From IMG/VR virus record IMGVR_UViG_2630968558_000009: a stretch of DNA of 10,820 bases; one strand, written 5' to 3'. Positions 7,260 to 10,820 of the stretch are shown here, piece after piece; positions within the stretch are counted from its first letter, which is position 1; each line of letters begins with the position of its first letter. The notes under the pieces are model-generated. The model had not been told where the DNA came from. It saw only the letters and a program-made list of their open reading frames with translations, and did not search any database. Made by a program: the position numbers and the translations under genes. Source of the stretch: a virus (lineage: Duplodnaviria > Heunggongvirae > Uroviricota > Caudoviricetes).

Positions 7260-9020
7260 TCAGGTTTTATTTATTAATGAAATACTTTTCTCTAGTGACT
7301 CCTTAACTTTTTTTACGCTATTTTTTAATTCAATAATGGCTCCACGACGAAAAGAAATTTTAATTTCATCCAGGTATGAATTTAAAAACTCATCTAGTTT
7401 TTTTAGATGAGGTAGCTCGTTGGATAGAAAGTCACAAAGATTTGAGAAGTTATATACAGACAATAGATGGTTTGAAAATAATTGAATATCATAAATGGAC
7501 CAGCTATTTTGTATGGCATTTATGATTAAATCTACATCTAAGGTTTCCAGGGCTTTATACTTGAAATCTGAATGGTATATATCCATGTCGATAGCGGTCC
7601 AACCATCGTTAACCATCTTGTTTCTTAATTCTTGTATTTTTTCTTTTTCCGTTATTTCAATATATTTTTCAACGAAAAAATTATAAAGGTCGTCCCCATC
7701 ATGTTTTAGAATGTGGAGTGGTATGCTATTAATATTTGGAACAGTTTCATGAAAATATGATTTTATTTCATGGTCACTAAAGCTAAACATATTTTGTTTG
7801 ATGGTGTTTTCATCCAAGGCATCTACACGTGGTATATATTCAGATTCTGAGAGTCTAATATAGTTATTCGTGGCAGTTAGCCATGTGGATAGATTTGGAG
7901 AATTTGATTTTAAGATTGTTTTTGTTATTTCTTCCTGATAGTCATCTTCAGATATGCTATATAGTTCGGGCCTTGCTAATCCAGCATAATCATCTTTCTT
8001 GGGAGGAGTGTTGTAAGTAAAAACATATGGAAGAATATCTTTATGCGAAATTTCATTAAAACAATATGGAGCCATTTTATTATTGTAGTTTTTATATGCA
8101 ATAATGCTTAATAAATTGTTTTCCTCTTCACTTATTTTATTTTGTTCACTTTCTGGAGTGGTTGAAATTGTTCTATATGATGATGAAACAATATTTTCAT
8201 GGAATTCATTTTCCTTATAGTTGAATTTTTCCTTAAGTATTATATGTGCACACAATGAGCTTACTAAATTTTTAATATCTATATCAGAGATATCTCTGTC
8301 TTGAGTTGTTTGTTCAAAAAATGGTAGGAGTTTTACAATGACTCTATTAATAATCCGGATATTGGTTTCTTCGAAACCTATAATTACTTGCTTAATGATG
8401 TCTCTATAATTTCCTTGTGTCTTCTCAAGCTTTTTGTCTAAAATCTCAGAAAGATTGTTTATAGAAAAATATATCTCATCGCTAATAACCTTTTCTTTAT
8501 GATTCAATGCATTATTGCTTTGCTTTGAAAAGTTACCCACTAAAATATAATCTAGCATCTTGTTATTTTGATAATTTTGTAAGCAAAAGGTTGCTATTTC
8601 ATCTCGTAAAGTTTGAGGTATACGTTCTAGATCATCAATGATAAAAACTCCGGAAAGATCTTTTAATACATAATGTTGCATTGCTCCAGCAAATGTTGAG
8701 ATTATTTTTCCAGCCAACCTCCCAGTGTTTTCTTCTTTAGTAATAGCTGTGGTTACATTTGATGCTAACTCTGTAATTATTTCGATATCAGGTGGATTTT
8801 CTAAATAAGTTACACTCAACATCTTGTCTTTAAAATCTTGTAAACTGTTTAATCCAAGCACAGATATATAAAATTGGTTCTTGTGAGAATAATATTTTTT
8901 AAATTCATGTTGAAGGAAGAATGTTTTACCAACTCCCCACTCACCATTTAACAAAATTAGACCTTCACGTTTTTCACTTAGTAATCTAATTAAAACAGAT
9001 ATTATTGCGCTTTTATCCAC
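7260..9020 (-). CDS. KAP-like P-loop NTPase with an uncharacterised C-terminal region of about 400 aa; cargo gene of the cos-int hotspot; candidate anti-phage defence protein
   Basis: 586-aa uninterrupted ORF. GTG start at 9020 with AAGGAG Shine-Dalgarno 6 nt upstream. Walker A GEWGVGKT (residues 26-33, nt 8922-8945) and Walker B-like VFIIDDLER (residues 125-133), resembling the KAP-family GxWGxGKS/T and hhhhDDLDR signatures. No hydrophobic stretch of transmembrane length and no nuclease/PLD/HEPN motif that I can identify by eye. Strongly AT-rich relative to the P4 core. Confidence 0.85.
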   Translation of the reverse strand: MDKSAIISVLIRLLSEKREGLILLNGEWGVGKTFFLQHEFKKYYSHKNQFYISVLGLNSLQDFKDKMLSVTYLENPPDIEIITELASNVTTAITKEENTGRLAGKIISTFAGAMQHYVLKDLSGVFIIDDLERIPQTLRDEIATFCLQNYQNNKMLDYILVGNFSKQSNNALNHKEKVISDEIYFSINNLSEILDKKLEKTQGNYRDIIKQVIIGFEETNIRIINRVIVKLLPFFEQTTQDRDISDIDIKNLVSSLCAHIILKEKFNYKENEFHENIVSSSYRTISTTPESEQNKISEEENNLLSIIAYKNYNNKMAPYCFNEISHKDILPYVFTYNTPPKKDDYAGLARPELYSISEDDYQEEITKTILKSNSPNLSTWLTATNNYIRLSESEYIPRVDALDENTIKQNMFSFSDHEIKSYFHETVPNINSIPLHILKHDGDDLYNFFVEKYIEITEKEKIQELRNKMVNDGWTAIDMDIYHSDFKYKALETLDVDLIINAIQNSWSIYDIQLFSNHLLSVYNFSNLCDFLSNELPHLKKLDEFLNSYLDEIKISFRRGAIIELKNSVKKVKESLEKSISLINKT

Positions 9021-9032
9021 AAAATACTCCTT

Positions 9033-10223
9033 TTAGTAATCATAATTAACGCAACCGGCTGGATAAATAAAATCGCTATACCATTGTAACATTTTTAATC
9101 TTTTCTCTAAGTATTGAGCATGATTATATGTTCCCCTAATGCTATTTTTATCAACATGAGCTAGTTGCATTTCAATCCATTTACTATCAAAACCTTGTTC
9201 ATGTAGTATTGTCGACATTGTATGTCTAAATCCGTGGCCTGTTGCACGTCCCTTATAACCAAGTAATTCGATCACTTGTGATATACTTTCTTTAGAAATT
9301 GGTTTAGTACGATTGTTACGTCCAATAAATATATAAGGATAATGGCTAGAGAGCGGTTTTAATTGATTAAAGAGGGTAATAACTTGAGATGATAAAGGTA
9401 CAAGGTGAGGACGACGCATTTTCATGCGTTCTGCTGGTATTTCCCATATTCCTTTTTCTAAATTGACTTCTTCCCATGTGGCAAAACGCAGTTCTTGTGT
9501 TCTTACCCCGGTAAGCATCACAATCTTGGTTGCATTTTTAGTGATTATGCTGCCAGTATAAGCCTCAAGATCTTTGACAAAATGAGGGAGTTCTTCTGCT
9601 GATAGAAAAGGATGATGTTTTTGCTTCGGTACAGCTAATGCGATAGCTAAATCAGGTGCTGGATTGTATTCAGCGCGGCCAGTGATGATCGCGTAGCGAA
9701 ACACCTCTCCGCATCGTTGACGTACTTTTCTGGTTTTCTCCAACGCTCCACGTTTTTCTATGCGTTTAAGTACTTCAAGCAGTTCTAGGGGTTTTATTTC
9801 AGCTATTGGCCGTTTACCAATGAAAGGAAAAACATCCTGTTCAAATGTTTTAATAATTTCTTCGCGATAAGCTAAAGTCCAGCGATCTGCTTTTGCTGCA
9901 TGCCATTCTCTGCTAACGGCCTCAAAAGAGTTTTCAGATGATAATTTCTGAGCAATTTTCTGAGCCTTACGTTCTTCTACTGGATCAATGCCATTTGCAA
10001 CCTGTTTACGTGCCGTATCGCGTTTCTCACGTGCTTCCGCGAGGCTTACAAGGTCGTAACTACCAAATGACATTAACCGCGCTTTCCCTGCAAACCGGAA
10101 ACGGAAACGCCAGCCTTTCGAGCCATCGGGATTGATAAGCAATGACAGACCTTGTCCATCGTTCAATGTGTATGGTTTGTCTTGTGGTTTTGCACGTTTG
10201 ATCTGTATATCGGTTAGGGCCAT
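9033..10223 (-). CDS. int: P4-family tyrosine recombinase (integrase)
   Basis: 396-aa ORF starting MALTD..., as P4-type integrases do, with a C-terminal catalytic region containing HGFRHT and RGTYNHAQY (catalytic Tyr). Adjacent to the 3' end of the tRNA-Sec gene. Confidence 0.92.
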   Translation of the reverse strand: MALTDIQIKRAKPQDKPYTLNDGQGLSLLINPDGSKGWRFRFRFAGKARLMSFGSYDLVSLAEAREKRDTARKQVANGIDPVEERKAQKIAQKLSSENSFEAVSREWHAAKADRWTLAYREEIIKTFEQDVFPFIGKRPIAEIKPLELLEVLKRIEKRGALEKTRKVRQRCGEVFRYAIITGRAEYNPAPDLAIALAVPKQKHHPFLSAEELPHFVKDLEAYTGSIITKNATKIVMLTGVRTQELRFATWEEVNLEKGIWEIPAERMKMRRPHLVPLSSQVITLFNQLKPLSSHYPYIFIGRNNRTKPISKESISQVIELLGYKGRATGHGFRHTMSTILHEQGFDSKWIEMQLAHVDKNSIRGTYNHAQYLEKRLKMLQWYSDFIYPAGCVNYDY

Positions 10224-10385
10224 GTGTATAACTGAAAACTACGTATAAAAAATCTATACACATTACTATACATATTTTTCGCGGATTCAGGGAGATGATC
10301 TCGGACTATTACGGACAAGCTGATTATTCATCGCATTGAATATAAATGATTTTATGGAGTGTCTCGGAACTGGCTGGATGAGGTT

Positions 10386-10480
10386 TGGCGGAAGATCACA
10401 GGAGTCGAACCTGCCCGGGACCGCTGGCGGCCCCAACTGGATTTGAAGTCCAGCCGCCTCACCGGAGACGACGATCTTCC
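10386..10480 (-). tRNA. selC: tRNA-Sec (selenocysteine tRNA, anticodon UCA)
   Basis: Reverse complement of 10386-10480 reads GGAAGATCGTCGTCTCCGGTGAGGCGGCTGGACTTCAAATCCAGTTGGGGCCGCCAGCGGTCCCGGGCAGGTTCGACTCCTGTGATCTTCCGCCA: 95 nt, long variable arm, TCA anticodon, CCA end. It matches the E. coli selC sequence as I remember it. Confidence 0.9.
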
Positions 10481-10820
10481 GCGCCTCGATTGCTACATGG
10501 AGGCGGGGCGCATTATAGCTACTTCCTTGAGTTTCTACATCCCCTGGTTCATTTTTTTCCGGGCAATATGCGCAAAGCTTTATCACTAACCCATTATAAT
10601 TAACATAAATATCATATATTCCAATGATATATGGGTAGGTTTATCGCTACCACGATCACATAAAACAAGAATCATAAATTAATAACCAGATATCGGAATA
10701 TTCACTCTGGCAGGGATGGTTTACAAAACTCTTTATCGGTCTCAGCACCCCCATAGCAGTAAGCGGCTCGTCAGAACCGTATTGATATTTACTGAGAGCT
10801 CAGATCAACTTTCCAGGGCA

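Noticed and set aside
7260-9020. Calling the cargo protein a Tmn-type transmembrane KAP NTPase, or a nuclease- or TIR-containing STAND/Avs protein
   Set aside because: I see no hydrophobic segment of transmembrane length and no recognisable effector motif, and the protein is much shorter than typical Avs proteins. It is left as KAP-like NTPase of undetermined family.
10287-10603. ORFs of 72-99 aa on both strands across 10287-10603
   Set aside because: They overlap the tRNA-Sec gene (10386-10480), whose sequence is a complete 95-nt tRNA.

Overview
The window is essentially one complete P4-like satellite prophage (about 10.4 kb) integrated at the selC tRNA-Sec gene. Reading right to left it matches the P4 prophage layout: tRNA-Sec (10386-10480, minus), a P4-family tyrosine integrase, a single AT-rich cargo gene, a P2/P4-type cos site (GGCGAGGCGGGGAAAGCAC, 7152-7170), the psu/delta/sid late operon (plus strand), the ori iteron cluster, vis, a leader/immunity region, a kil/eta-position ORF, epsilon-like, orf151-like and orf106-like genes, the 777-aa alpha primase-helicase, and the crr iteron repeats. 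A partial copy of the tRNA 3' portion sits at positions 1-19, marking the likely far attachment site. The most interesting item is the cargo gene at 7260-9020: a 586-aa KAP-like P-loop NTPase with an uncharacterised C-terminal region of about 400 aa, occupying the cos-int slot where P4-like satellites carry variable anti-phage systems. It is much more AT-rich than the P4 core and has no transmembrane or recognisable effector motif that I can see by eye. I regard it as a candidate single-gene defence system whose family I cannot assign without a homology search. All calls rest on reading the sequence and ORF track plus recalled P4 biology; no database searches were run.
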